Shown: positions 11,831 through 23,980 of the stretch, in pieces
Layout: each line of letters opens with the position of its first letter
How positions within the stretch are numbered: position 1 is the first letter of the stretch
NCBI GenBank assembly: GCA_028534125.1
Contig: CM052831.1
Coordinates: 12,338,001-12,402,000 of the forward strand
Length of the DNA stretch: 64,000 nucleotides
Reading direction: 5' to 3'
DNA from: Lama glama
Taxonomy: Eukaryota
Translations under genes and position numbers: made by a program
The notes under the pieces: generated by a model
Database searches by the model: none
The model's input: the letters and a program-made list of their open reading frames with translations, nothing else
Told to the model about the DNA's origin: nothing

Positions 11831-12534
11831 CTATCACCTGATAGAGGAGGTGTCTCACATTCAAAGAACCAAATCCATTTCCCTGATGTCAGAACTGAAA
11901 ACTGTACCCAAGCCTGTGCTTTTAAACATCATTATTATGTGGATAAATGGGAAGCCTTAAGTGGCTAAGGGGGCAGGCTGCAGGGTCCCAGTGAGCAGTG
12001 ACTCAGTCAGTGCTAGGAGTCAGCCCTGAAAAGCTTCAGTTCAGAGATTTCCCCCTTATATCAACATGGCAGATGGACAGGAGACAACAAATGCAGCAAG
12101 GTCACCAGGCAATCCAGGGTTGCCATGACTGGTCAACTGGATCTCCAGGTGGTGGCACTGTATGGACAAAGCAGAACTCAACCAGCAGGAAAGATCAAGA
12201 GAAGACACATAGAAGTATGTCATCAGTGCAAGGGCTCAAGGGTTAACATTTGCAGAATATTGGAATATACATATTAGAGTATGTTTAGTCATTCATTCCA
12301 CAAGCACACATGCTCATGCTCTCTATACACCAAGCAATCATCCACTCTCCACGAGTCGACCTCAGTTTCAATAAAAGGGTACTTTAGACATACCTCTTCG
12401 ACCTTAACAAAAAATATTTCTTGCACATCACCAAATAGTAGTAACAACCTCTAAGAACTTTTGAATTTGCAATTCAATAAGAGGTACTTTTTCATTTAAG
12501 TTTACACCACCATATTTACGTGTATTATCATATC

Positions 12535-12735
12535 TTAACCCTAATGTCTACTAGCTGTGTGAACAGTGAGCAAGTTACTCAACCTCTCTGAGCCTCAATT
12601 TCCTCATCTGTAAAACATAGGTACAAAGACTATCTAGCTCAAAGGTTGGCTGTCTGGATGAAGTTAGTCAACGTGTGTAAAGTAGGAGGAAGGGTGTCCG
12701 GCACATACTAATTGCTGTAAAGTGTTACCAATTAC
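12535..12735 (+). mobile_element. MIR
   Basis: 'gagcaagttactcaacctctctgagcctcaatttcctcatctgtaaaa'. Confidence 0.85.
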
Positions 12736-12754
12736 TGACAAGTAAACTCAGGTT

Positions 12755-12912
12755 TCCAGACAAGATTTTTTCGAGTATGGTCCCTGGACCATGTCAGTCA
12801 AAATCTCTTAGGGTGCCTGTTAAGAAAAGGGGATTCCTGGACGTAGCTGGTTATTATGAGCGCCTCTGTTCTCCAGGTGATTGTTACACAAGTACACTTT
12901 CGAGAAGCCCTA
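12755..12912. mobile_element. MER5-family MITE
   Basis: 'gtatggtccctggacca...ccaggtgattgttacacaagtacactttcgagaagcc'. Confidence 0.65.
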
Positions 12913-13589
12913 TCTTGGAGGATAAGGTGGCCGTATCTTTGTCACTCAGCAGTGGTAAGACAGACAGGTCCACCAAAAAGGGCTCAGGCCCGGTACATAT
13001 CAGAGTGCCAAACAGAATGGAATTTTAAGTGGTTTTCCACAGTAACAAGTTGCCCTAGTAACAAGCAGAGCCAGTATTTCAGTGCACATTTGTAACTGTT
13101 CAGGTCAGCTCTCAGCCACCCCATTAGCAAGAACAGAATTCTACCCAGGAGAGACTCACCCGCCTCTGAAGTTGGAGTGGAATAAAATCCCTCATAGTAT
13201 CTTGCTTCCTCGTGCTGGACTTCAGGTCACCTTTTTCATGAAACCAGAGCATCATTTCTGGCACTCATTTATGGTGATCTCTTACTCAGAGGACACTTTA
13301 GTGAACAGCAGAGCCCTGAATCCGTGCTGGAAGGGTGGGGCTCCTGGCGGCCTGCCCAAGTCAACCCTTACAACTCAGGGCACCTGTCTACCAAGTAGGG
13401 CCTCACTGTGGGGCAGCCTATAGTACAGATCAGCGCTCACACCGGGAGTGCCGCCTACACCCAAGACGGCCTTCTGGCCCAACAATTTCTCTTCTGAGAA
13501 GGTTTTTTTTAAACGGGGGTTTTTAAATAGTCAGAAGAGGCAAAGTTCAACCAGCTACAGCTCTTTAACAGATCAGTGTTAAAGATGGC

Positions 13590-14390
13590 AAATAAAGGGG
13601 ATAGGGGCTGCTTTAGATTAAAAAACCCTTAAGAGATAATAACAACCAAAGGTAATTTAGGTTTTAGATTGGGTCCTGATTCTGGGGAGAAAGAAACTGT
13701 AAAAGATGTAAAAGGCAGTTTGGACAATTAAGAAATTTTAAAAATAAATGTGTGTTAGATGATATTAGGAAATTGTATTTAATTTTGTTATGTATGATAA
13801 TGGTATGGTGGTTATGCAGGAGAATGTCCTCATTTTTATGAGACACTGTAGTATGAAACTGTCATGATGGATGTGTTTTACTTTTAAATACTCAAGGAAA
13901 ACATAGGTCAAGCAAATACACCAAAATGTTAACAGGCTAACTACAGATGCTAGTCATGTATTTGTGTTCGTTATACAATCCTTCCTAATTTTCTTTGATT
14001 TGAAATTTTTCATAGTATAAAGTAAATTAAAAAAAAATGAATGGCACAGATTGGGCCCAGCAAATCTACTTAACAAGAAGTTGGTAAATATTCATTTGTT
14101 TATTGAATAAATGTATCAAGTGCTAAGAAAATAATTAGGCAGGTATTTAAGCTGATTATTGCAGTGTTGTATATAATTAATTTTTTGAAAAGCTAAATAT
14201 CCAACAGTTAGAATCTGTTACGCTATAGTTCACATGTATAATGGTGAGGTGTACATCTCCTAAAGACAATAATATGGGTGTCTGTTTGCAGAGTCACACT
14301 GAAAGATGTTCAAGATAAAATTGTTATGTGAAAAAAGCAGATACAAAACAGCATGCATGCTGTCTTTGTAAATGCGACCAGTTTCATAGA
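13590..14390 (+). mobile_element. Old L1 (L1MC/ME) 3'UTR and ORF2-end fragments
   Basis: 'gataatggtatggtggttatgcaggagaatgtcctcattttt', 'tttgaaatttttcatag'. Confidence 0.7.
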
Positions 14391-14414
14391 ACAAATGATG
14401 TATTTACTTAATAA

Positions 14415-14620
14415 TGATTTTACAAGCTAATGTGCATTGAGAACTTACTCTTTTCCCCTGGGCCACATTATAGAATTATTTCATAATTATCAGCATTTTC
14501 CACATTGCGATGTTGAAGCACAGAGAAGTTAAGTAACTCGCCCACGATCATCCAGCTAAAAGTGAATTTGAACCCTGGTCTGTGGCATTTCCAAGCACAA
14601 AGTTTTTATGCTCTGCACTG
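14415..14620 (-). mobile_element. MIR
   Basis: 'gaagcacagagaagttaagtaactcgcccacgatcatccagct...atttgaaccctggtctg'. Confidence 0.75.
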
Positions 14621-15015
14621 GGCCTCCACCCAGGCAGACAACAGGACCCAACACCAGCACACTTACCTGGATTCTGGTCATACGGTGGGACGATGGGTAA
14701 TTGTTTTCCTGATAATTTTCCCTATAGCTTTTATTTTTCCTATAACATTATTACCTGGGGCTTCTTTCATAAGTTTAGGAACAAATCATAAAAAGATAGG
14801 AAAAAAGGCAACAATGAGCAGAATTTTCCTGATCTGGGCCCAGACATTTATCAGCATCTGGCTGTAGGATGCTGAAGGCTTACTCTGCTACAACCCTGGG
14901 AGTCTGTTTCTAGTTACCTGCTCCAAATTTCTGTTTACCTGTGCCTGGCTTAAACCCAGAGCGCCATCTGTCTAATTTTGTCAAGCCTTCTTGCCATGAT
15001 GAACTTCCACTTCGT

Positions 15016-15581
15016 TGTAGATCGTATTTTCCAAAGATGGCCATAACAACATTTCTCATCCCAACTGCTTTTCTTAGTATGTGACTTACATGTGACTTTT
15101 ATACCCCCTGAGCAAGAGGTGGTGTCTATATCCCTTCTCCTGAACCCGGTGGAATTTTGTGACTGCCTTGATCAAAAGTATGGTAGAAGTGACTCTATGT
15201 GACTTCCCAGGCTCATTCAGTGAAAGACAACAGAGCTTCTACCTGATTCTTTCTCTTAGGGATGCTTACATTTAGAACCCAGACACCATGCTGTGAGGAA
15301 GCCTAGATCACATGAGGAGGCCACGTGTTGATGCTGTAGCTAGCAATTCCAGCCGAGATCTTAACCAAGAGCCAGTATCACCTGCCAGGCATGTGAGGGA
15401 GGCAGTCTTTGAAATGACTCCAGTCCTAGTACTATTTGACTGCAACTATGTGAGAGATTCAAGTAAGAACCACCAAGTTGAGCCCTATCACCCTCCAAAG
15501 CCATGAGACAGAATACAATAAATTATTATTTTACATCACAAAGTTTGCGGTATTGTGTTACGCAGCAATAGATAACATACA
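15016..15581 (+). mobile_element. MaLR solo LTR, MLT1F/G/H-like, near full length
   Basis: 'ccaaagatggcca', 'gtagaagtgactctatgtgacttcccaggct', end 'ttacgcagcaatagataacataca'. Confidence 0.8.
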
Positions 15582-15704
15582 AAATGTTATAGTACATTGT
15601 AGTTTATAAATCATTTCTGCATTCTTTCTCATATAAACCTTATAATCCTGTGGGAGTAGATAAGATAACAAGATTCTTTTTACACAGGAAAAAAAATCTG
15701 GGCT

Positions 15705-15925
15705 TTGAGAGTTAGGAGTCTGGGATTATAAATATCAGAGTCCTGAGTCTAAATCCTATTTGAGGTATTCACTAGTTACATGATTTTAGACAGTTTACTT
15801 AAGTTTTGGGAGGCTCAGTTTTTTCATCCATAAAATGGGTGTAATAATATTACCAACCTTACAGGGCTGAGCTGTGGGTTGTCTAATGCAAGTGAAGTAA
15901 TTAGCATTACCCCATCTCAGTAAAC
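15705..15925 (+). mobile_element. MIR
   Basis: 'ggctcagttttttcatccataaaatgggtgtaataatattaccaaccttacagggct'. Confidence 0.75.
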
Positions 15926-15929
15926 ACTT

Positions 15930-16765
15930 CCAATTTTCAGGGTCAAAACCTTGGCAGTATCCTTGACTCCTTACATTCAACCATCAGCATATTCTAGTAG
16001 TTCCAGCCTCAGAACACATGCAGCACCCCATCCCTTCTCCCAGTCTCCTCTGGTCCAAGCCTCAGTCATCCCTCTCCGGCATTAGGGGGACCGACAGCCT
16101 CCCCTCTCTGCCCTCACCTGGACATGAATCTGTTCTCAGTACAGCTGCAGAAGTGATCCCTCAATCACTGAACCACATCATGTCACGCCTCTCCTCAAAA
16201 TCCCCAGGGGCTCCTTATTCCACTCTGAGTAGATGCCAAAGTCCTTACAATGGACAGTACATGCACATCTGGCCTCTATTATCTCTCCCACTTCATCTGC
16301 TTCAGTTCTTCCCTCTTGCTAACTCCCCATCTGCCTGGCTGGACCACTCACTCATCTTCCATGCTCCAGCCTTGGACCCTTTGCACTTGCTATTCCCTTT
16401 ACCTGCAAGACTTCTTCTCCAGTTGTCTACTGGGCTCATGCCTGCCCCTCCTTAAAGACTTTGCTCAAATACTGGCCCTAACTGGGGCTTTCCTGGACCA
16501 TCATATTTAAAATTGCACTGTCCTCCCACCACAGCATTTCCTATCCACCTCCCATAATTCACTTTCTCTGGGGTGCTAGTCCCCATTCAACGTATCATAT
16601 ACTTCAATCTATTATTTGTTTGTCTAGCTCTACCCACTCCTACCAGAGTGTTGTCTCCTCAAGGCCAGAGATTCCTGCCAGTTTTGTTCAGTCCTAAAGT
16701 CCCAGAATATAGAGTAATACTTGGCACATAGTAGATGTTCAATAAACATTTGTTGATAATGAATG
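15930..16765 (+). mobile_element. L2 (L2a-like) 3' ~830 bp
   Basis: Continuous L2-like text ending 'ttggcacatagtagatgttcaataaacatttgttgataatgaatg'. Confidence 0.85.
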
Positions 16766-16865
16766 CGTGCCTGACAAATGGCAAAAACTTAAAGTACACT
16801 ATTATCCTATTATTCACTGGGGTTAAAATCCAAGTTTTCTGACTCTATATTTACTCTGTATCTAC

Positions 16866-17293
16866 TGTAGTAGGTTGAATAGTGGCTACAGAAAACAATT
16901 TGACCAAGTCTTAATCCTCAGACATGTAAAGATGACCTTATTTGAAGGGTAGGTGTAATTAAGAATCTCAAGATGAGATCAGCCTGAATTTAGAGTAGAC
17001 CCTACACTGGATGACAGGTGTCCCTATCAGAACAGAAGAGGGCATGAAGAGGGTGGCAGAGATTGAAGTGATGAATCCACAAGCCAAGGAACCCCAAGGG
17101 TTGCCATGTGGCTACCAGAAGCTAGGAGAGAAGTGTGTTATGAGATGAATTGTTTCTCAGAGCCTCCAGAAGGAACCAACATGGTAAACACCTTGATCTT
17201 ATACCTCTAGCCTCCAAAACTGTGAAAGATTACATATCTCTTGTAAGCCGTCAAGTTTGTAGTAATTTGTTATGGCTGCTCAGGAAACTGATG
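16866..17293 (+). mobile_element. MLT1C/D MaLR solo LTR
   Basis: Starts tgtagtaggttgaatagtggc; 'ccacaagccaaggaa...ccagaagctagga...gagcctccagaaggaacc'; ends 'ttgttatggctgctcaggaaactgat'. Confidence 0.85.
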
Positions 17294-18424
17294 TCTCCTT
17301 GGACACTAAACTGGTATGCGGTCTGACCCAAAAATCTGGACTTGACTGTATTTTGCCAGCAGGTCTCATCGTCACTACACACCCTTTCCACGGGGCCAAG
17401 TACCCTGGCACAGCTTCTGCTCTAGTCTGTGCATGGTTTGGGCCCCTTCCCTCAGCAGACCAGCCTGGCCGCCAGTCTTGACACTTCCCAGCTTGTCCTG
17501 ACTATGACTTGGTGCTGCTGCGAGTTGCTGATAAGGCTCTTTGGTCCTGTCTCTGCCTGTGCTTCCAACTCCTGTCTCCAAACCTGAGTGGATTGGATGC
17601 AATACAGCATCTGGAGCCAGAACAATTGCCCTCCCGAGCCCTAGCCTGTCTGCGGGGCTGACTAGGAATCACCCAGGGTTCCATACCTGCCGGTGATCTC
17701 ACTGCCCCTCAGAACCCCTTGGCCAGATCGCATTAATAAAGTGCTGGAAGTACCTTAGGTTTCTGTAACTTCTTCCAGCCTGATGTCTGCTATGATGTTT
17801 GATTTATGTTGTAAGAAATAAAAGGAGTGCCCTCCTCCCTGCTTAAAATGTTGATATCAGCTGAGATCTGGCACTGTTGTTCCCGTGCCATGGAGACAAA
17901 GCATCCGGAGGAATGGTTTAACAACAGCCTCCTCCCGACAGGTTTGGAAACAGCATCATTTTAGATTTCCCAAAACCTCTAGATAGATTAATATTCCCCT
18001 ATGCAGACAGGTAGCTAAACTTCAAAACCCCTTTCTTCTCAAACTGCAAACGGGGATTGGCAACTAAACAGATGGATTTCCAAATGTCTTTTGCTCTCCA
18101 TTAATCATGCTGCTATGACGTCCTTCCCAACCCACCCTAAGTTATCAAGTTGTTTCTCAATCCAGGCCAGACGAAGTAGGGACACCCACCTCCTTTCCAC
18201 AGTTCTTTACACATTCAGTGAGAGGTAAACCGTTCCTTCAGAAAAATAAATAAATAAACAAAACACCCATCAAAGGGAAACCTTTATCTCTTTGAATAGG
18301 TGAAGGATAAGAAAAATAGTTTCCTGTTTGTGTTGAAGATTTTTCAGTCCAAAAAAGGAATTTTATTCAATGGAATGAAGATGTATTGAGTACTCCTACG
18401 CACTTAGAAGAGTTCAGGAAAAGC

Positions 18425-18548
18425 CAGCTCCCCTCGCATGTAAGCTCCTGAAGGACAAGGATCTTTCTCTGTGCTCAATGTAGCCCTAGTGCTTAGAATG
18501 GTCCTGGCACACAGTATGTGCTCAATTAAGACATGACAAGTGTTGAAT
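18425..18548 (+). mobile_element. L2 3' terminus
   Basis: 'atgtaagctcctgaaggacaagg...cctggcacacagtatgtgctcaat'. Confidence 0.75.
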
Positions 18549-18659
18549 CCTAGGAAATAAAGCAACTGGAGATTCTAAGAGAAACCTGACAAGGTATCCT
18601 AAAATTCCAAGGCAGCAAGGCCTTTTTGGGATTATCTAGTCTACACCTGAAATTTTATT

Positions 18660-19065
18660 AATGTTCAAACAGCCAGCACTTCTTGTTGAGTACCAGGCAC
18701 TAAGCTGAGCACTTTAAATGTGTTGCCTTGTTTCATCCTATCACTACTCTCATTATGCATATGAGGAGATGAAAGATCAAAGAGGGTAAATAACTAACCA
18801 AAGGTCACACAGCTGGTGAATAGCCACGTCCAGATTCACATCCAGTTCTTTTCTTTTTTTTTTTTTTTGGCTTTTTCTTTCTTTTTTTTTAATATTTTTT
18901 ATTGATTTATAATCATTTTACAATGTTGTGTCAAATTCCAGTGTAAAGCAAAATTTTTCAGTTATACATGAACATATATATATTCATTGTCACATTTTTT
19001 TCTCTGTGAGCTACCATTTCTTTGAAGCCAGGACCTGTACCCTATAATTCTGTGCTATGTTGTCA
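18660..19065 (-). mobile_element. MIR interrupted by a young L1 tail
   Basis: 'gagggtaaataactaaccaaaggtcacacagctggt'; MIR-like text resumes after 19018. Confidence 0.7.
18852..19017 (-). mobile_element. Young L1 3' end with poly(A), probably camelid-specific
   Basis: Poly-T then 'tttattgatttataatcattttacaatgttgtgtcaaattccagtgta...gtgagctaccat'; ttcttt on both flanks; near-identical to 47746-47870. Confidence 0.85.
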
Positions 19066-19794
19066 TGTTTTATAGTTCAGTAAACTGAAGCCAAGAAAGA
19101 GGAAGAAGCCACCCCAATTGTAAAGCTAAAAAGTAAAATAGAGAGCTTAAATTTAGCATTACTGGATCTCTAAGCCATTAGTGTTCCTGGTGCAACACCA
19201 CACTGCCTTTCATCACCAGGAATTTTTAAACTTCAGCTTTTCTCAGAAAAACTGCTTTCTCATCTTGATACTCTTCCCCCTGGTGTTGAGAAAGAAATCT
19301 GTCTGGTACCTTTAAAGAAGAAATTTTTCAAAAATCAAAAAGTCTTTGGGGAAAAGGCAACATGTTTGATCACCAAAAGAAAAAAAAAGACTTTTATTCG
19401 CACTGAAAAAGTTAACCTGTTTAAAATATTAATATAGTGTTTATATACTGCCTTTCTTCCAGGAACTGAAAGAGTTTAATATAGCTCATTAATTCTTAGA
19501 CTATTTCTGTGAGGGAAGAAAGCAAGCATCATTATCTATATTTTAATGCAAGGAAACTGAAGCATAGAATCAAGAGGCGAGTCAGGAAATAGAGCAACTT
19601 CAGATTTTAAGCGAAATGTGAAAGACAAAATCATTTAGTCAAGCTATATCCAGAATGTTCGCTGGATTTGGCTCACTTCTCTGAAGTATGTTGATCTTTG
19701 TTGAGTAGTAGATGCCTTAAGAAGCCCTTGGCATCATTGCATTCATCAGTAGACCCTATGATTTACAGCATTTTCTCAAAGTGAATGTCAGAAT

Positions 19795-19962
19795 AAGTGA
19801 TTCTCAACTTAAGCATGGATTGGAATCACCAGAAGGGAAAAAAAAAACAGATCACTGGGCCCCTGTCCCCAGAGCTTTTGATTCAGTAGATCTAGAGTGA
19901 GATCAAGATTCTGCTTTTCCAAAATCCCGGTCCAGGGACCACACTTGAGAACCACCCATCTA
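19795..19962. mobile_element. MER5A
   Basis: 'gtgattctcaactt...ccccagagcttttgattcagtagatct...ggtccagggaccacacttgagaaccac'. Confidence 0.85.
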
Positions 19963-21060
19963 GAATAGTGTGCCCTTGCAGAGGATCCTACAAGAGTTCA
20001 GCATTCAAACCTAGAAGCAAAGCTGTGCAGTTCTGTTAATTAATGTAATTAGTTCTTTTATATTTAAATTTATTCTTTGGGGAAAAAATGGAGATGGTGA
20101 TAATACCAATTTCACCCAATGTGTGGCAGAGAGAGAGCATGCTCAATAATTGTTGGCTATCCTCATTTTGTCATGACTCAGGCTACAAGTGCTTAGCAAT
20201 CTTCCTTGATGCTACAGAGCCCTCACTAACAAGGTATATAAATTAGGAAGTATCCCCTCTAAGAAGTTGGGCAGTCCTTAGGGAAATTAATATCAGGCAG
20301 AAATCTCAATTATGAAAATGATCATGAAACTTGTAGGTCCTGAAACTTTGATCAACGGGTACATTGCTTTGGGATGTAAACTTCCAAGACTGCTTTAAAA
20401 GTCCCATTAGCCAGAGTAGAAGACCCTAACTTTGATACATTTCCAGAGAGTTAAGTAACAAATTATCAAATTTTAACGATGCCAGCAAGCATAACTATGT
20501 TTGATGGAGGTATATTCAGTAATGCTTAATAAATCTGAATTTTAAGAGAAGAGATTTTCCTCCATTCCTATGTTACAGTTGTCCTCCCTGGCTCCCCACC
20601 TAGAAGAAAAGATGCTGCGTACATGCTGGTATGCTGAAATTTTTACCCGAGTTTCCACAATTTTCCCAGAGAAATGGAGGATTTGGTACTAGCTATTTAT
20701 ATCAAATCCCTTAAAATCTCCATTGCTTGAAAGCATAATGGAGGAATTATTCAGATAATTTATGATAAATATTTATTTGAAGAAGTTGATAGGTCTCACA
20801 TTGCTCCTGGCGTTTGATGTGTGTGAACAGGCAATACGGCGGATTTTTAAAAAGTTTGTGAGACAGTGCTAGTGCCAACATCTCATAAACATCCAGTTCC
20901 AAGCCTCTCCCCAGCTTGTATCCTCCCACAGCCTACAAGGACAGCCATGCACTCCATCCCAGGCCACTATGGTAGGGCATTGATTTCACATTTTTGTGCG
21001 CAAAGTGAATTCCGGAAGGAAAGTACATAAACTGGTCCTAAATATAATACACAGAGCAAA

Positions 21061-21540
21061 TGTGGTAACTTTAATGGCCCCTAATGAATGACATGGCAGG
21101 TATCCTCGCCCATCTGTAGCCCTCTCCCCTCCAATCTGGACCCGCTCTGTGACCAAGGGAACATAGCAGAAATGCTGATGTGCCTGTCTTGTGCTTGTCT
21201 TAAGACTGCCCATGGCTTTGGCTTCTGCACTCCAGGAGAAGCCTGCTTTCAGGTAAGACCTGACTAAAACTGCCTTGCTGGGAGAGGTCCAACCTAGTCA
21301 CATGGAGAGGCACTTGCTGAAAAGAACTGAGGCTCCACCCAGCACCCCAGTCAAGATCCCAGTTGACAGCCAGGACCGAACCGCCTTGCCAGCCATGTGC
21401 CTGAGGCCATCTTGGAAGAGGAGCTCCAGCCCCTTTAGAGCAGCCCAACTGTGATTTGAGAACAAATAAATACAATGTTTTCTATTTAAGCCACTGAGTT
21501 GGGTGTATTTCATTAAGCAGCAACTATAGATAACTGAAAG
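21061..21540 (+). mobile_element. MaLR solo LTR, MLT1F/G/H-like
   Basis: Starts tgtggtaactttaatggcccc; ends 'ttaagccactgagttggg...gcagcaactatagataactgaaa'. Confidence 0.75.
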
Positions 21541-22589
21541 AGCCAACTGGAAGGACCACCTGGTGCTGTTCAGCATACGTGTGCTGTGTGAAAATTCCTC
21601 TTGATGCAGCCTTCCCCAGCCCACAGCATCGCTTTCTGGTGCTTTGTACAACATGCTGATTCCAAATGAGCAAGTTTGCATACATTATTTGATACCAGGT
21701 TCTGATAACGATTTTCTTTTTTTTTTGTTCTGTTCTTACCCCTTTTGGGTAGATAATTCTATCAGGAAGAAACCCAAGAGGAGTTATTTTGTTATCTGAT
21801 TCTAACAGTCCAATCATCTAAGCCTAGAATTTAATTACATCTCATATTCATTTTTATTAGGAGAGCATCAGAAAGAAAACTGAATGGTCAAATATACAAA
21901 GGTCATGACTTAATTAACCCAAAAGTTTTAGTGCATTTAAAACTACATGCGCCTCAGTGCATTTGGGGGCTGATGTCACAAAGCAGTGACTCTAAAGTGA
22001 CCCATTCCATCCTTCAGCCTTGCATCACCTGCCTTGGCAGAGCTACACATTTCTGTAGATTATGGGGACAATGGTGTACCATCAAAATTTCTAAACTTTC
22101 ATCAGTAAGGCTATCCCTAGTTTTTCCAAAATGAGAGAAAGCACACAAAATCCAAATGTGTAGATCAGCAAACTGTCACTAGGTAAACATTTTGTAAAAT
22201 CTAATTTTGTTCTCTTTTAAACCCCAAGGAAATGTTCATACATGTCTTGTTGTGACAACCAGAGAATTCCTTTAAAAGGTCTTAATTCTCTATGGAATCA
22301 TTCCTCCAGATTTCACATCCCCTCTAAATCTTTCTTCTCTCCAGAGAATGGCAGGTGGTTACATCAACTGTTTGCTAACTCCATCCTGCAACTAGGGAGA
22401 CTGAAATATGTATTAAGGTTTTGTGTTTACCTTTACAGCAGTGGGGTTTTTCAAAACTTGTGCAAACAGATACTTTAACCTCATGAAAGGTTTCCTGGGA
22501 ATTGAACATGGAGATGCACACACCAAGGGAAATGAACTGCACTGTTTGCATAGCACATTTGTCTTCTGCTGCCTATAGGGAGGAAGCGG

Positions 22590-22805
22590 GGAAGCATGCT
22601 GGATAGGGATTCAGACAAGTTGCACTTGGACTGCAATTAACTCCATGGATTCCTGGGCAAATTATTTCATGTTGGAACCTTAGTTTCCACATCTGTAAAA
22701 AGAGACTAGAACTGCCTCCCCCAAAATGAAGCAAAGTCAACAAAATGTTCAAGAAAGAGCATTGACATGTGCTCTACAAAGAGCTGAAGTTATCATTACT
22801 AGTAT
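22590..22805 (+). mobile_element. MIR
   Basis: 'ctgggcaaattatttc...cttagtttccacatctgtaaaa'. Confidence 0.6.
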
Positions 22806-23824
22806 TATGATAACATTCTTAATTTCCTCTAAATTTTAAAAACAGCCACCATTTGCTATCTGTTACGCACTTTTTGAAGGGAAACATCGTATCTTGCAAT
22901 GGCAGTTTTATGAACATGGAAAAGTTACACTTTCCTCCCTAAGAGTGTTTCCTCCTCACCTGATGTGAAGGCACTGTCCTAAGGATTGAATGAAATGGCC
23001 TCAGAGGAGATCGCTGACTAATTTAGCACTTGCCCTGGGTACCAGTGATGTCCTAAGATTCTCACTGCTTCAACCAAGGCTTCATCACCACAGAAGATTC
23101 TCTTTCTGTTTTAGCCTTCTGACATCTAGCTCCCAACATGGAGCAGCTGCTGTTGACGCCTGCCCTGCCCCAAATCCACTCAGCCCAGTTCTGAGTTGAC
23201 CTGATACTGCAGCAGACAATTCCTGGCATGCTGGTCATCTCCCATTTCTCATGTCTTTTTACTTTGCCTCCTGGGACTTTCTTTGGTGCCCAGGAGCTCA
23301 CCGAGCCCAGGCACTAGGATAAAAGCTCATCCAGTGATGCATCCGAGTTGGCATAAATAGCCCAGCTTCTTGCTGAGGCATTTCTAACCTGCTTTCTAGA
23401 AGATTCCTCAGACAGTGGACAGGAAGATGGAGATTCAGCTGTTTATAGCTGTAACCTGCTCATCAGCACTGCTTTAAATAGGTTCTTCTTCTGAAGCAAC
23501 CAGATATCTTTGTTTTTATGCCTAAAGTTTTGTGAAGAATACTTCTGGAACCAACAAATTAAAATGCTAAATACTTAAGAAGCCTAAAATGTTACATATG
23601 TTACAGCCTAAGCATTTTCTTGGAAGCTAATAACTTAGTATCAAAGAGGTAAGGCTCTTCCATTATTATCCAAGTTAAAGTTTTAGTCATCCAGTGGATA
23701 GGACAAAGATAAGAGGAAACAATTTTACAAGCAAAGAGTAACTTTAGTGTTAAAGGTGGTTCCTCATGACGGCAATGGTATTAACCATAAAAAACCTTTA
23801 AAACATTAATAATTTGAGACTATG

Positions 23825-23980
23825 TGCCAAAGATGGTGGAGCTGCAATGTGGAAAAGTCAGAACCCACCTCCCTACACATACTCTTCAGAATGAGGTGAG
23901 TGAGCAAGAAACTTTATTAGGTTTAAACCACTGAAATTTTGAGGTTATCTGTTATTGCAGCTAGCATCACTTACACTGAA
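23825..23980 (+). mobile_element. MLT1 LTR 3' fragment
   Basis: 'gtgagcaagaaacttt...ttaaaccactgaaattttgaggttatctgttattgcagc'. Confidence 0.65.

Noticed and set aside
14660-14670. Minus-strand consensus donor CAG|GTAAGT
   Set aside because: No convincing matching acceptor found, so no exon can be defined
16018-16510. 145-aa and 86-aa ORFs
   Set aside because: Lie within a degraded L2; low-complexity S/P/L composition
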